A DNA stretch of 64,000 bases from an uncultured Microthrixaceae bacterium (GTDB lineage Bacteria; Actinomycetota; Acidimicrobiia; Acidimicrobiales; DATDAH01): positions 1,604,636 to 1,668,635 of the forward strand of contig CAWGLV010000001.1 in the NCBI GenBank assembly GCA_963823495.1. Direction: 5' to 3'. Each line of letters opens with the position of its first letter. Positions within the stretch are counted from its first letter, which is position 1. A program made the position numbers and the translations under genes. A model generated the notes under the pieces. The model saw nothing but the letters and a program-made list of their open reading frames with translations, did not search any database and was not told the DNA's origin. Of this stretch, positions 1 to 8,141 are shown in pieces.

Positions 1-861
1 CAGCAGTTCGCCGTCGGTGATGCCGGTGGCGGCGAAGAAGCAGTTGTCGCCGGCCACCATGTCGTCGAGGGTGAGGATCCGCTCGAGGTCATAGCCGGCG
101 TCCACGGCGGCCTGGCGCTCGCCGTCGTTCCGGGGCCAGAGGCGGCCGTACTGCTCCCCGCCCATGCACTTGAGCGCGGCGGCGGTGATCACGCCCTCGG
201 GGGTGCCGCCGATCCCGAACAGGATGTCGGCGCCCGAGTCCGGCCAGGCAGTGGAGATGGCCCCGGCCACGTCGCCGTCGGGGATGAGACGGATGCGGGC
301 GCCGGCATCGCGGATCTCGGCCACGAGATCCACATGGCGGTCGCGGTCGAGGACCACGGCGGTGACCTCCCGGACCGACTCGCCCTTGGCCTCGGCCACC
401 GCCCGGAGGTTCTCGGTGACCGACTGGTCCAGGGACACCCGACCCTTGGCCTCGGGGCCCACGGCGATCTTCTCCATGTAGACGCACGGTCCGGGGTCGA
501 ACATGGTGCCCCGCTCGGAGACCGCGATCACCGCCAGGGCGTTGCCGCGACCCAGCGACGTCAAGGTGGTGCCGTCGATGGGATCCACGGCGATGTCGGT
601 CTGCGGCGGGGAGCCGTCGCCGATCGCCTCACCGTTGAAGAGCATCGGTGCTTCGTCCTTCTCGCCCTCACCGATGACGACGATCCCGTCCATCGGCACG
701 CTGTCGAGCACATGGCGCATGGCGTCCACGGCCGCGCCGTCGGCCCCCTCCTTGTCGCCCCGTCCCATCCAGCGGGAGGCGGCGAGCGCGGCGGCCTCGG
801 TCACGCGGACGAGTTCGAGGGCGAGGTTGCGATCCGGTACTTCGCGTGGTTCATCGGCCAT
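1..861 (-). CDS. glpX: Fructose-1,6-bisphosphatase class II (GlpX), C-terminus cut by window edge
   Basis: Not in the ORF track because it runs off the edge. My reverse-strand translation from ATG (comp. 859-861) reads [49 protein letters not shown]...[17 protein letters not shown]...DPIDGTT...[17 protein letters not shown], typical GlpX blocks. Confidence 0.9.
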   Translation of the reverse strand, partial: MADEPREVPDRNLALELVRVTEAAALAASRWMGRGDKEGADGAAVDAMRHVLDSVPMDGIVVIGEGEKDEAPMLFNGEAIGDGSPPQTDIAVDPIDGTTLTSLGRGNALAVIAVSERGTMFDPGPCVYMEKIAVGPEAKGRVSLDQSVTENLRAVAEAKGESVREVTAVVLDRDRHVDLVAEIRDAGARIRLIPDGDVAGAISTAWPDSGADILFGIGGTPEGVITAAALKCMGGEQYGRLWPRNDGERQAAVDAGYDLERILTLDDMVAGDNCFFAATGITDGELL

Positions 862-867
862 ACGGCG

Positions 868-877
868 ACGTTACCGT
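868..877. promoter_or_regulatory. Overlapping divergent -10-like hexamers (TAACGT on - strand for glpX; TACCGT on + strand for the 888 gene)
   Basis: TAACGT ends 6 nt before the glpX ATG. TACCGT lies 10 nt before ATG 888. The 26-bp intergenic gap leaves no room for 5' UTRs. Confidence 0.35.
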
Positions 878-887
878 CCCCCCCCGT

Positions 888-1556
888 ATGGAAGACCAGC
901 TGAGCTATGAGCTCGACGAGTGGTCGACGGAGTCCCGGGGACTGCTCGACCGCCTGCTCACCGCCAACGCCGTGAACCACGCCTGGCAGGGCGGCACGCT
1001 GTCGGTGGCGCCCGACGACGAAGGGCTGGTCGACGAGCTCATCGGTGAGGTCGAGGCGACGCTGTTGCCGGCGTTGGACCCCGAGGCCGAGAAGGTCGTG
1101 TACGAGGTGGCCGAATGGGGTCCCGAAGACCGGGCCGATCTCACCGACGCCCTGGTCGAGGAGGGGGTGCGGTACGTCTTCGACGACATGGGCGATCTCG
1201 TCGTGGTGGCCATGGACGAGGACCGGGTCGACGCCCTCATCGACGAGCTGACCGACGGCGACACCGAGGACGAGGACGACGGGCCGATCGCAACCGACGT
1301 GCTCTCCGAGCTCTTCGTCGCCGCCGACAAGCTGCGCCGCAGTCCTCGGGATTTCCGGGCCATCGGCTCGGCTCGGGACCAGGCGGCGGCGGTGATCGCT
1401 CTCCCGGCTCCCTACGGTTTCGAGCGCCGGACCTGGGCCCAGGTCGGCCTGCGGGCGGGAGCGCTGCGCAAGGTGCTGGAAGAGGAGACACCCGACGACG
1501 AGGTCGTGGTCGAGGCCGCGGGCACCTTGCGCGACCTCCTCCACCCGATGGTCTGA
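888..1556 (+). CDS. Hypothetical acidic protein with two ~50-aa internal repeats
   Basis: ORF 846..1556 trimmed to the first ATG. High GC3. Repeats YELDEWSTESRGLLDRLL...VDELIGEVE and YEVAEWGPEDRADLTDAL...VDALIDEL. No family recognised. Confidence 0.6.
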   Translation: MEDQLSYELDEWSTESRGLLDRLLTANAVNHAWQGGTLSVAPDDEGLVDELIGEVEATLLPALDPEAEKVVYEVAEWGPEDRADLTDALVEEGVRYVFDDMGDLVVVAMDEDRVDALIDELTDGDTEDEDDGPIATDVLSELFVAADKLRRSPRDFRAIGSARDQAAAVIALPAPYGFERRTWAQVGLRAGALRKVLEEETPDDEVVVEAAGTLRDLLHPMV

Positions 1557-1585
1557 GCCGACGACCGGGCGAGGGCGGTCAGGGG

Positions 1586-1591
1586 TAGCGT
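1586..1591 (+). promoter_or_regulatory. -10-like hexamer TAGCGT, leaderless geometry
   Basis: TANNNT hexamer 6 nt upstream of GTG 1598. The same geometry recurs at many genes in this window. Confidence 0.4.
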
Positions 1592-1597
1592 GCCCCG

Positions 1598-2299
1598 GTG
1601 ATCCTGGCCGAGTTGGAGGTCTTCCACTCGCGGCCGATCGCGCCCACCCGCCGGGTGGCCCTGGGCCGCCGGCACCTCCCGCTGCATCCCGCTCCGGGCT
1701 TCGGCGGCATCCTGCTCGGCGGCATCGCGGCCGCCCACGTCGGTGCCCTCGACCCTGATCTCGTGCCCGAGCTGCACCGCCTGATCGACGATCTCGAGTA
1801 CGGGCGCAGGGTGCCCCAACCCCGGCTGCGGCACCGGTTCCAGACCGATCGCATCGGTCTGACCAAGAGCCGCCTGCGCCTCGTGGGCGACGGCGAGTCC
1901 ATGCGCTTCGACTTCGACACCAAGGCGGCCCCGGCCCAGTGCCTGCTCGGCGCCGTCTACGCCGGCGGCGCCCTGGGCTTCAGCGACCGAGCGGCGCTGC
2001 TGACCTCGGTGCGCAAGGGCCTGCGCTGGCGGGGCGACCTCGACGCGGAGCTCATCGCCCACCTCGGGGGGATCGCCGGACCCGGCGCCTGGTCCCCGGA
2101 TGCCTTCGCCGACCCCGTGCGCTGGGCCCGGGGTGTCCTGGGCTTCGCCGACGGTGCCCTGGACCGCCGCCGCATCCAGAACCGCTTCCGCGAACAGGCC
2201 CGTCACGCCCATCCGGACCATGGTGGCACCGTCACCGGCGCGGCCGAACGCCTGAGCGATCTGGCCGAGGCCCGCCGCATCCTGCTGGAGTCGGCCTGA
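1598..2299 (+). CDS. J-domain (DnaJ-like) protein with unrecognised N-terminal domain
   Basis: The C-terminal ~50 aa, VLGFADGALDRRRIQNRFREQARHAHPDHGG...LAEARRILL, is a J-domain helix II-HPD-helix III pattern. The N-terminal ~180 aa is unassigned. Confidence 0.7.
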   Translation: MILAELEVFHSRPIAPTRRVALGRRHLPLHPAPGFGGILLGGIAAAHVGALDPDLVPELHRLIDDLEYGRRVPQPRLRHRFQTDRIGLTKSRLRLVGDGESMRFDFDTKAAPAQCLLGAVYAGGALGFSDRAALLTSVRKGLRWRGDLDAELIAHLGGIAGPGAWSPDAFADPVRWARGVLGFADGALDRRRIQNRFREQARHAHPDHGGTVTGAAERLSDLAEARRILLESA

Positions 2300-2348
2300 G
2301 TCGTGGCTGGTGTCAGGATGACCGGGTGATGACGATCCGGGTCACGGC

Positions 2349-2915
2349 ATGAGCCGCGTCGCGGGGCTGGTCCTCACCCCGGGGGCGGGCTCGGACCGGG
2401 ACAACCCGTCCCTGGTCGCGCTCGAGGACGCCGTCGCCCCCCTGCCGACGGCCCGCATCGACTTCCCGTACCGCCGGGAGGGGCGTCGGGCGCCGGACCG
2501 GGCGCCGAAGCTGATCGCCTGCGTGAACGAGGAGGCGGCTGCGCTGGCGGCGACAACCGGCGCCGATCCCGGCGCGCTGGTCCTCGGGGGCCGTTCGATG
2601 GGTGGGCGCATGTGCTCCCTGGCGGTGGCCGAGGGCCTGCCCGCTGCGGGCCTGGTCCTCATCTGCTACCCGTTGCACCCCCCGGGCAAGCCGGAGAAGC
2701 TGCGGGTCGAACACTTCCCGCAGTTGGACCTGCCGTGCCTCTTCGTGTCCGGGACCAGGGATCCCTTCGGCACGCCCGAGGAGTTCGCCGCCCACCTCGT
2801 CGAGATCCCCGGTGCGGTCAGCGTCCACTGGATCGAAGGCAAGCGCCACGACCTCAAGAACGCCGAGGCCGAGATCGTCGAGGTCGTCACCGGGTGGTTG
2901 GCCACCCTGGCCTGA
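2349..2915 (+). CDS. Alpha/beta-fold hydrolase (COG3571 / KANL3-Tex30-like predicted hydrolase)
   Basis: 188 aa. GRSMGG nucleophile-elbow-like motif, later SGTRDPF and KRHDL (Asp/His candidates). The last 20 codons lie in the 76-bp duplication. Confidence 0.7.
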   Translation: MSRVAGLVLTPGAGSDRDNPSLVALEDAVAPLPTARIDFPYRREGRRAPDRAPKLIACVNEEAAALAATTGADPGALVLGGRSMGGRMCSLAVAEGLPAAGLVLICYPLHPPGKPEKLRVEHFPQLDLPCLFVSGTRDPFGTPEEFAAHLVEIPGAVSVHWIEGKRHDLKNAEAEIVEVVTGWLATLA

Positions 2916-3004
2916 GCACCGCCGAAGTCTCAAGAACGCCGAGGCCGAGATCGTCGAGGTCGTCACCGGGTGGTTGGCCACCCTGGCCTGAGCACCGCCG
3001 AAGT
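2853..3004. repeat. Perfect 76-bp tandem duplication (2853-2928 = 2929-3004)
   Basis: Checked base by base: CTCAAGAACGCCGAGGCCGAGATCGTCGAGGTCGTCACCGGGTGGTTGGCCACCCTGGCCTGAGCACCGCCGAAGT occurs twice in tandem with no mismatch. Confidence 0.97.
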
Positions 3005-4623
3005 CACCGGTCCTCGGGGTTGATGTCCTCCAGCTCGAGGTGGGCCGTCTCGGGGTAGGCCACCACGATGAGCACGGCGAGGAGGGCGGGGCCGATGGCG
3101 ACCACCGGCATGGCCGAGGCCAGTCCCCCCGACCGGTCCGACAGGGCGCCGACCACGAGCAGGCCCACGGCGGAGCCGGCGACCCCGACGACGCTGATGA
3201 GGCCGTTGGCCCGCCCCCGTGCCGTGGTGGCGAAGAGCTCCGGTCCGTAGACGCCCAGGGCCGGCACCGCCGCGGCGCCGATGATCGTGGCGGCCGTGGA
3301 GAAGGCCCACAGGCTCGCCCCCTGGCTCAGGTACATGGCGACGGTGAGGCCCACGCCGCCGGCCATGGCGGTGGCCCCGACGACCCGCCGCCCCCGGGAG
3401 TCGGCGAGTCGGCCCCCGACCACGATGCCGATGAACCCCGGGGTGTTGGTGAGCAGGGTGAAGGCGGTGATCCGCGTGGCGGAGAAGCCGAGGTCGTCCC
3501 GCAGGAAGTCGTTGAGGAACTGGGAGGCGGGAGCGAAGAAGACCGAACCGAGGAAGGCCGAGGCGGCCAGCAGCCAGAGGCGGCGGGCGTGGGCGTGAGC
3601 CAAGGGGCGTTCCTTGGCGACCTCGAACCGGGCCGACTCGGGCACGCCGCGCAGGACCGACAGCGCGAACGGGATGCCGATCAGCGGCGCGAGGAACAGC
3701 AGACGCCAGGCCGAAGGGCCCAGGTCGGCGAGGGGCAGGAGCCAGACGGCCATGCCCGATCCCAGGCCGCCCGTGAGCACCAGGATGCTCACCGTCCAGG
3801 CCCGGGAGTTCCGGGGCACGGTCTCGGCCGCGAGGATCCCGATGAGCAGCGCCAGGGCCGTGGAGAAGCCTCGGGCAACGGTCTGGCTCACGGCCAGCCA
3901 GCCCAGGTTCGGGGCCAGGGCCCCCGTCGCCGACGCGGCGCAGACGGCGAGGGCGCTGATCTTGATGAGCGACCGTCGACCCCGGCGGTCGGCCGTGGCG
4001 ACCAGCACCAGGGCGATGAGGACCCCGACCCGCACCGCGGCGAGCGAGGTGCCCTGGGCCTGGTCGGAGGCTCCGAACTCGTCGGCGGCGAAGGTGATGG
4101 TCTGGGAGATGAGGGTGCCGGTGTAGCCCACGATGAGGGTGAGCGCGGCCAGCGACCCGATGGCCAGGCTGGTCCGGGCGTCGAAGCGGTCCGGCGGCAT
4201 CCACCAGGCCGCGTCCTGGCTCGGGGTGCGCAGACGGTGACGCACGGGCCAGTAGAACCAGGGTCGCCAGCCCGGCATGGCCAACTCGTAGTCGATGTTC
4301 TCGGTGACCTCGAGCCCGCCCTCGTCAGTGGCTCGACTCAGGGTGCGTTCGTAGGCGAAGAACGGGCCCTCGGCGCACGCGAAGTGCCCGTCCCCCCTGG
4401 CCACCTCGGCCACGAGGTGGTCGTCACGGGGGCGCTCCAGGGCGACGAGCCGGTCCCGGTCGGCGGGGTCATCCGGATCGAGTCGGTGGACGGTCGTGAC
4501 AGAGGTGACGGTCAGGCTCCCGGGTGATGCGGCCCGGCCGGGTCGCGACGGCCCGGAGCATACTGGTGAGGTGAGCTCCCTGATCGTCCGCCCGAGCGGG
4601 CCCCTGGAAGGCACCATCCCCAT
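3004..4623 (-). CDS. MFS transporter with ~150-aa soluble N-terminal extension
   Basis: Multi-TM hydrophobic core with DRRGRRS and DSRGRR loop motifs typical of MFS. The extension has high GC3. Start uncertain (TTG 4650, ATG 4623 or 4617). Confidence 0.7.
   Translation of the reverse strand: MGMVPSRGPLGRTIRELTSPVCSGPSRPGRAASPGSLTVTSVTTVHRLDPDDPADRDRLVALERPRDDHLVAEVARGDGHFACAEGPFFAYERTLSRATDEGGLEVTENIDYELAMPGWRPWFYWPVRHRLRTPSQDAAWWMPPDRFDARTSLAIGSLAALTLIVGYTGTLISQTITFAADEFGASDQAQGTSLAAVRVGVLIALVLVATADRRGRRSLIKISALAVCAASATGALAPNLGWLAVSQTVARGFSTALALLIGILAAETVPRNSRAWTVSILVLTGGLGSGMAVWLLPLADLGPSAWRLLFLAPLIGIPFALSVLRGVPESARFEVAKERPLAHAHARRLWLLAASAFLGSVFFAPASQFLNDFLRDDLGFSATRITAFTLLTNTPGFIGIVVGGRLADSRGRRVVGATAMAGGVGLTVAMYLSQGASLWAFSTAATIIGAAAVPALGVYGPELFATTARGRANGLISVVGVAGSAVGLLVVGALSDRSGGLASAMPVVAIGPALLAVLIVVAYPETAHLELEDINPEDR
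4559..4564 (+). promoter_or_regulatory. -10-like hexamer CATACT before murA
   Basis: ANNNT pattern 6 nt upstream of GTG 4571. Confidence 0.3.
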
Positions 4624-5824
4624 CGGTGGGGCCAAGAACTCGGTGCTCAAGCTGATGGCGGCGACGGTCCTGGCCGAGGGCGACTACGTGCTGCGCAACG
4701 TGCCGGACATCGCGGACGTGGGCTGGATGGCCGAGTTGCTCGAGCACATGGGGCTGACCGTGGAAAGGGGCGACCACGAGCTGGCCATCCACTCACCGGC
4801 CGACATCACCCCGGAGGCCCCCTACGAGCTCGTGGAGAAGATGCGGGCGGGCATCGTGGTGCTCGGGCCGCTGCTGGCCCGCTTCGGCGAAGCCCGGGTG
4901 GCGCTTCCCGGCGGGGACGACTTCGGGTCCCGTCCCATCGACATGCACCTGAAGGCCCTGGAGGCCCTGGGCGCCGAGGTCGACCAGGAGCACGGCTACG
5001 TCACGGCCCGGTCGAGCCGGCTCACCGGCACGCGGATCCTCCTGGAGTTCCCCAGCGTCGGAGCCACCGAGAACGCTCTGATGGCGGCCGTGCTGGCCAA
5101 GGGCACCACGGTGATCGACAACGCCGCCCGCGAGCCCGAGCTGGCCGACCTCGCGGGCTTCCTGAACCGGATGGGGGCCAACATCCGTGGCGCCGGTTCG
5201 TCGACGGTGACGGTGGAGGGCGTGGAGTCCCTCCATCCCGTGGAGCACACCGTCGTGGCCGACCGGATCGAGGCCGCGACCTATCTGGCCGCGGTGGGCA
5301 TCGCCGGCGGCGAGGTGACCCTCCGGGGGGCCGTGCCCGAACACATGACGATGCTGGTGCAGAAGGTCGGGGAGATGGGCATGCGGTGCTCGCCCGACGG
5401 AGGCGGTCTGTGGATCCTGGCCCGACCGCCCCTCCGCTCGGTCGACGTGTCGACCCTGCCCTACCCGGGCCTGGCCACCGACTACAAACCCATGCTCGTG
5501 GCCATGCTGACCGTGGCCGACGGCGTGGGCATCGTCACCGAGAACCTCTTCGCGGGGCGGTTCCGCTACGTGGACGAGCTGGTGCGGATGGGCGCTGACA
5601 TCCGTACCGAGAGCCACCACGCCGTGGTGCGGGGCGTGTCCCGCCTGTCCGGGGCCCCGGTGCGGGCGCCCGACATCCGGGCCGGAGCCGCCCTGGCCAT
5701 CGCCGGCCTGGCGGCCGAGGGCGAGACCGTGGTGGCCGACGCCGAACACATCGACCGGGGTTATGAGGACTTCGTCGGCAAGCTCACCGCGGTCGGGGCC
5801 GACGTGGAACGGGTGGTCGACTAG
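4571..5824 (+). CDS. murA: UDP-N-acetylglucosamine 1-carboxyvinyltransferase
   Basis: VSSLIVRPSGPLEGTIPIGGAKNSVLKLMAATVLAEG aligns to the MurA N-terminus, and the full-length EPSP-synthase-like fold follows. Start moved from ORF-track 4496 to GTG 4571. Confidence 0.9.
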   Translation: MSSLIVRPSGPLEGTIPIGGAKNSVLKLMAATVLAEGDYVLRNVPDIADVGWMAELLEHMGLTVERGDHELAIHSPADITPEAPYELVEKMRAGIVVLGPLLARFGEARVALPGGDDFGSRPIDMHLKALEALGAEVDQEHGYVTARSSRLTGTRILLEFPSVGATENALMAAVLAKGTTVIDNAAREPELADLAGFLNRMGANIRGAGSSTVTVEGVESLHPVEHTVVADRIEAATYLAAVGIAGGEVTLRGAVPEHMTMLVQKVGEMGMRCSPDGGGLWILARPPLRSVDVSTLPYPGLATDYKPMLVAMLTVADGVGIVTENLFAGRFRYVDELVRMGADIRTESHHAVVRGVSRLSGAPVRAPDIRAGAALAIAGLAAEGETVVADAEHIDRGYEDFVGKLTAVGADVERVVD

Positions 5825-6035
5825 CGGTGACCGCCCTCGCCGCCGCGACGGCGGGCCTGCTCCTGGTTGGCCCGGCGGTTGGCCACGACCAGCAGGAGGG
5901 CGACGAACAGCAGGGGGACCACGACCATGCCGACCTCGTCCCAACCGCCCTGATGGGCCAGCGTCACCACGGTGACACCGTACGGCGGGAAGTCGACGGT
6001 CCCGTACTCGGTTGGGGGAGGGGCGCACCCGTACA
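5821..6035 (-). CDS. Small hypothetical single-TM membrane protein
   Basis: C-terminal 71 codons of ORF 5821..6450. GC3 is about 90% in this frame. Contains MVVVPLLFVALLLVVANRRANQEQ. Shares a palindromic CTAG stop with murA. Start uncertain. Confidence 0.4.
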
Positions 6036-6063
6036 CTCGCCCTGACGCTTGGAGGAGCACCCC

Positions 6064-6330
6064 GTGTCCGACACCCCCCTGGAGGAGAAGGTCCGTGAGA
6101 CCATCGAGGCCATCCGCCCGGCCGTCCAGGCCGACGGCGGAGACATCGTGTTCCACGGGGTGGACGACAAGGGCACGGTGACCGTCGAGCTCGTGGGCGC
6201 CTGCGTGTCCTGTCCGGCATCGACGCTCACCCTGAAGGCGGGCATCGAGCGGATCCTGATGGACCGGGTCGAGGGCGTGACCGCGGTCAAGGACGCCGCC
6301 GAGGACGACGAGACCGTCCTGAGCCTGTAA
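6064..6330 (+). CDS. NifU-like Fe-S cluster assembly protein (Nfu/NifU C-terminal domain)
   Basis: VELVGACVSCPASTLTLKAGIE carries the CxxC motif of the NifU C-terminal domain. GGAGGA lies 7 nt before GTG 6064 (TTG 6049 is the alternative). Confidence 0.85.
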   Translation: MSDTPLEEKVRETIEAIRPAVQADGGDIVFHGVDDKGTVTVELVGACVSCPASTLTLKAGIERILMDRVEGVTAVKDAAEDDETVLSL

Positions 6331-6334
6331 CCAC

Positions 6335-7279
6335 GTGGGGGTGACCGGGGACGCGGCGCTCGGTCTGGAGCAGGCTCGCGCCGGAGACCGCTCGGCCCTG
6401 GCCCGCCTCCTGTCGATGGTGGAGCGGGGCGGCGAGCCCGCTCGTGACATCGGACGACTGGCTCACGAATCGGCCGGCTCGGCCCACACCATCGGCATCA
6501 CCGGCCCACCCGGCGCGGGCAAGTCGACCCTGACCTCAGCGCTGGTCCAGGTCGTCCGCGGCGCCGGTCACCGCATCGCCGTGCTCGCCGTCGACCCCTC
6601 CTCGCCGTTCACCGGGGGTGCCATCCTGGGCGATCGGGTCCGGATGGGTGACCACGCCCTCGACGCCGACGTGTTCATCCGTTCGATGGCCTCACGGGGC
6701 CACCTCGGCGGACTGTCCCTGGCTGCGCCGGAGGCTGTCCGCGTGCTCGATGCGGTCGGCTTCGCCTTCGTGGTCGTCGAGACGGTCGGGGTGGGACAGG
6801 TCGAGGTGGAGGTGGCGGGGGAGACCGACACCACCGTCGTGGTGGTCAACCCGGGGTGGGGTGACGCGGTGCAGGCCAACAAGGCCGGCCTCCTCGAGGT
6901 CGCCGATGTGTTCTGTGTCAACAAGGCCGACCGACCCGGAGCATCCGAGACCCGGCGGGACCTGGAGCAGATGCTCGACATGAGTGCGAGCCGCGACTGG
7001 CGTCCCCGGGTGGTGGACACCGTCGCCACCGAGGGCACCGGGGTCCCCGACCTCTGGGCGTCGATCCTGGCCCACCGGGAGGCCATGACCGCCAGCGGCC
7101 GACTCGAGCGGGAACGAGCGGATCGGGTCCGGGTGGAGATCAGACGGATCCTGGCCCGCCGCCTGATCGAGCAGGCCGAAGCCCGGGCATCGGGCGACGG
7201 ATTCGACCGGGTCTGTGCCGCGGTGGTGGCCGGTGAGGTCGACCCGTGGGAAGCGGCCGATCGTCTTCTTGCTGACTAG
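6335..7279 (+). CDS. MeaB/ArgK-family G3E GTPase (methylmalonyl-CoA mutase-associated type)
   Basis: P-loop GPPGAGKST, VETVGVGQ and NKAD motifs. 314 aa. Confidence 0.85.
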   Translation: MGVTGDAALGLEQARAGDRSALARLLSMVERGGEPARDIGRLAHESAGSAHTIGITGPPGAGKSTLTSALVQVVRGAGHRIAVLAVDPSSPFTGGAILGDRVRMGDHALDADVFIRSMASRGHLGGLSLAAPEAVRVLDAVGFAFVVVETVGVGQVEVEVAGETDTTVVVVNPGWGDAVQANKAGLLEVADVFCVNKADRPGASETRRDLEQMLDMSASRDWRPRVVDTVATEGTGVPDLWASILAHREAMTASGRLERERADRVRVEIRRILARRLIEQAEARASGDGFDRVCAAVVAGEVDPWEAADRLLAD

Positions 7280-7288
7280 CGTCCGACC

Positions 7289-8107
7289 ATGAGCGAGACA
7301 GCCGAGGACCTGGTCCACCTCGAGCGGGGGGACGACGGCGTGGCCGTGGTGACCCTGGACAACGGCAAGGTCAACGCCCTCAGCATCGCCCTCCTGCAGC
7401 AGCTGCAGGCGATCGCCGAGCAGCTGACCACCGAACCCCCGGGGGCGGTGATCGTCACCGGGGGTGACCGGATCTTCGCCGCGGGCGCCCAGATCACCGA
7501 GTTCCTCCATGCTCCCGACGATCTGCCGTCCCAGGTCGCCGACCGGAACCGGCTCACCGCCCAGGGCCACGCCTTCCTCACCGCCCTCAACGCGGTCGCG
7601 GCGATCCCCCGGGCGACGATCGCCGAGGTGGCGGGGTTCGCGTTGGGCGGCGGCTGCGAGTTGGCCCTCGCCTGCGATTTCCGGATCGCCTCGGACCGGG
7701 CCAAGCTCGGCCAGCCCGAGATCCTCCTGGGCATCATCCCGGGGGGCGGGGGCACCCAGCGACTGGCCCGACTGGTCGGCCCCGCCCGAGCCAAGGACCT
7801 CGTCTTCACCGGCCGTCAGCTGGGCGCGGCCGAGGCCCGGGCCATCGGCCTGGTCGACGAGGTCGTGGCCGCCGAGGACCTGTCCGCTCGTGTCCGATCC
7901 AAGGCCGCCGAGCTCGCCCGGGGGGCCGTGGCCGCCCAGGCGTTGGCCAAGCGGGCCATCGACGAGGGCCTGGAGCGCACGCTGGCCGCGGGCCTCACCC
8001 TGGAACAGGAGCTGTTCCTGGCCTCCTTCGCCACCGAGGACGCGGCCACAGGAGTGAACAGCTTCCTCGAGCACGGCCCCGGCAAGGCCACCTTCACGGG
8101 GGCGTGA
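7289..8107 (+). CDS. Enoyl-CoA hydratase/isomerase (crotonase) family protein
   Basis: Crotonase-fold blocks: VVTLDNGKVNAL, FAAGAQI, GGGCELALACDFRIA, PEILLGIIPGGGGTQRL. Confidence 0.85.
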   Translation: MSETAEDLVHLERGDDGVAVVTLDNGKVNALSIALLQQLQAIAEQLTTEPPGAVIVTGGDRIFAAGAQITEFLHAPDDLPSQVADRNRLTAQGHAFLTALNAVAAIPRATIAEVAGFALGGGCELALACDFRIASDRAKLGQPEILLGIIPGGGGTQRLARLVGPARAKDLVFTGRQLGAAEARAIGLVDEVVAAEDLSARVRSKAAELARGAVAAQALAKRAIDEGLERTLAAGLTLEQELFLASFATEDAATGVNSFLEHGPGKATFTGA

Positions 8108-8141
8108 CCGGGTCCGGGGCGCGCCGGTGCCCGAGGCGCGA

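Noticed and set aside
2602-3058. ORFs 2602..2991 and 2612..3058 (+) that read through the duplicated segment
   Set aside because: They are off-frame readings of the hydrolase gene. 2602..2991 terminates in the second copy only because the duplication re-creates the hydrolase C-terminal frame.
6036-6450. Upstream part of ORF 5821..6450 (-)
   Set aside because: It is antisense to the NifU-like and MeaB genes and has a low-complexity translation. Only the 71-codon tail outside those genes is kept, at low confidence.
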